This document shows, one piece after another, positions 63,232 through 64,000 of a stretch of DNA of 64,000 nt. The translations under genes were made by a program, and so were the position numbers. The notes under the pieces are model-generated. The model searched no databases and was not told the DNA's origin. It was given only the letters and a program-made list of their open reading frames with translations. How positions within the stretch are numbered: position 1 is the stretch's first letter; each line of letters begins with the position of its first letter. This stretch comes from Felis catus (taxonomy: Eukaryota): positions 69,380,001-69,444,000 of the forward strand of contig NC_058368.1 in NCBI RefSeq assembly GCF_018350175.1. The letters are read 5' to 3'.

Positions 63232-63983
63232 CATCTGCTTTTTTTTTTTTTTTTTCCAAGAGAAGGATGCTTTAGTTGTATGGTTTTATTTGATTCTCCC
63301 AAAAACCCATGTGAGAAAGCGATTTTCATCTCCACAAATGCGGAAACAAAGGCTATGAAAAATGAAGTTAGATGTTCAAGATTACATTGCTAGTATGTAA
63401 CTGAGCCAAGATAGCACATAAATATACAAGAAATTCTGGCAAATGATGGGAAGTTGGAGAGCATAAATTCTGTGGTCTACTAAAAAACTCTACAAGTTCT
63501 AGGAATGTTGATCCATAGCCTAGTCACAATACTTACTTTCATGTAGTATCGTTTTTATGAATACCTTAAAGTATTTCTCATATATTCCCATTTGAATTTC
63601 TATATTATCCTAAGATAATTCAATATGATACAAAAAATATTTTTAAAAAGGCAAAATAATATTCACATTCTGATCTTCCAGAACTACTGGTTTTAATAGA
63701 CATGGATCTCTTTCAAATATTTCCACTATTCTATCTTTTAAATATCAAAATTTCAAATTGCAGTACGTTAGAGAGTGTCTACTTTAGAGATGCCTGGCAT
63801 CTTACCACTTCTGTCAAGGCCTGGAACTTTCTGCCTATTTTTTCCAGGAAGGGTTATTAGGTTGAGGGCAGATTTTGGATTCCATTTTGTTTTGTTTTTC
63901 TACCATTTATTTTGTGATTCCATTTTGTTCCCATGTCATTCTCTTTGGCTGTTTTCTCAGATTTCTTAAAAACATATAGTTTC

Positions 63984-64000
63984 GTGTGTGTGTGTGTGTG
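63984..64000. repeat. (GT)n microsatellite, runs off the window end
   Basis: Directly visible. Confidence 0.9.

Overview
Mammalian (carnivore, very probably felid) non-coding genomic DNA dominated by transposable elements. I count about 60 tRNA-derived Can-SINE copies of the feline SINEC_Fc/Fc2 and short 'old' types (roughly 1 per kb). There are also many LINE-1 fragments, MIR/L2 relics, MaLR/ERVL/ERV1 solo LTRs and several DNA-transposon relics. I recognise no protein-coding gene, structural RNA gene, CRISPR array or viral ORF. The supplied ORFs are SINE, L1 or LTR translations or chance frames. I cannot support a wholly new biological system. The best second-look items are: (i) a ~2.2 kb CpG/GC-enriched tract in old L1 copies (12.1-14.35 kb) that resembles a GC-biased gene conversion or hypomethylation footprint and contains a perfect NRF2/MAF ARE; (ii) two 5'-inverted (twin-primed) L1 insertions; (iii) nested insertions datable by TSDs; (iv) an unassigned MITE-like inverted-repeat element; (v) a perfect GATA/E-box hairpin; (vi) a POU/homeodomain motif cluster. 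Repeat family names come from my recollection of consensus sequences, not a database search. Boundaries are approximate unless a TSD or TIR is quoted.
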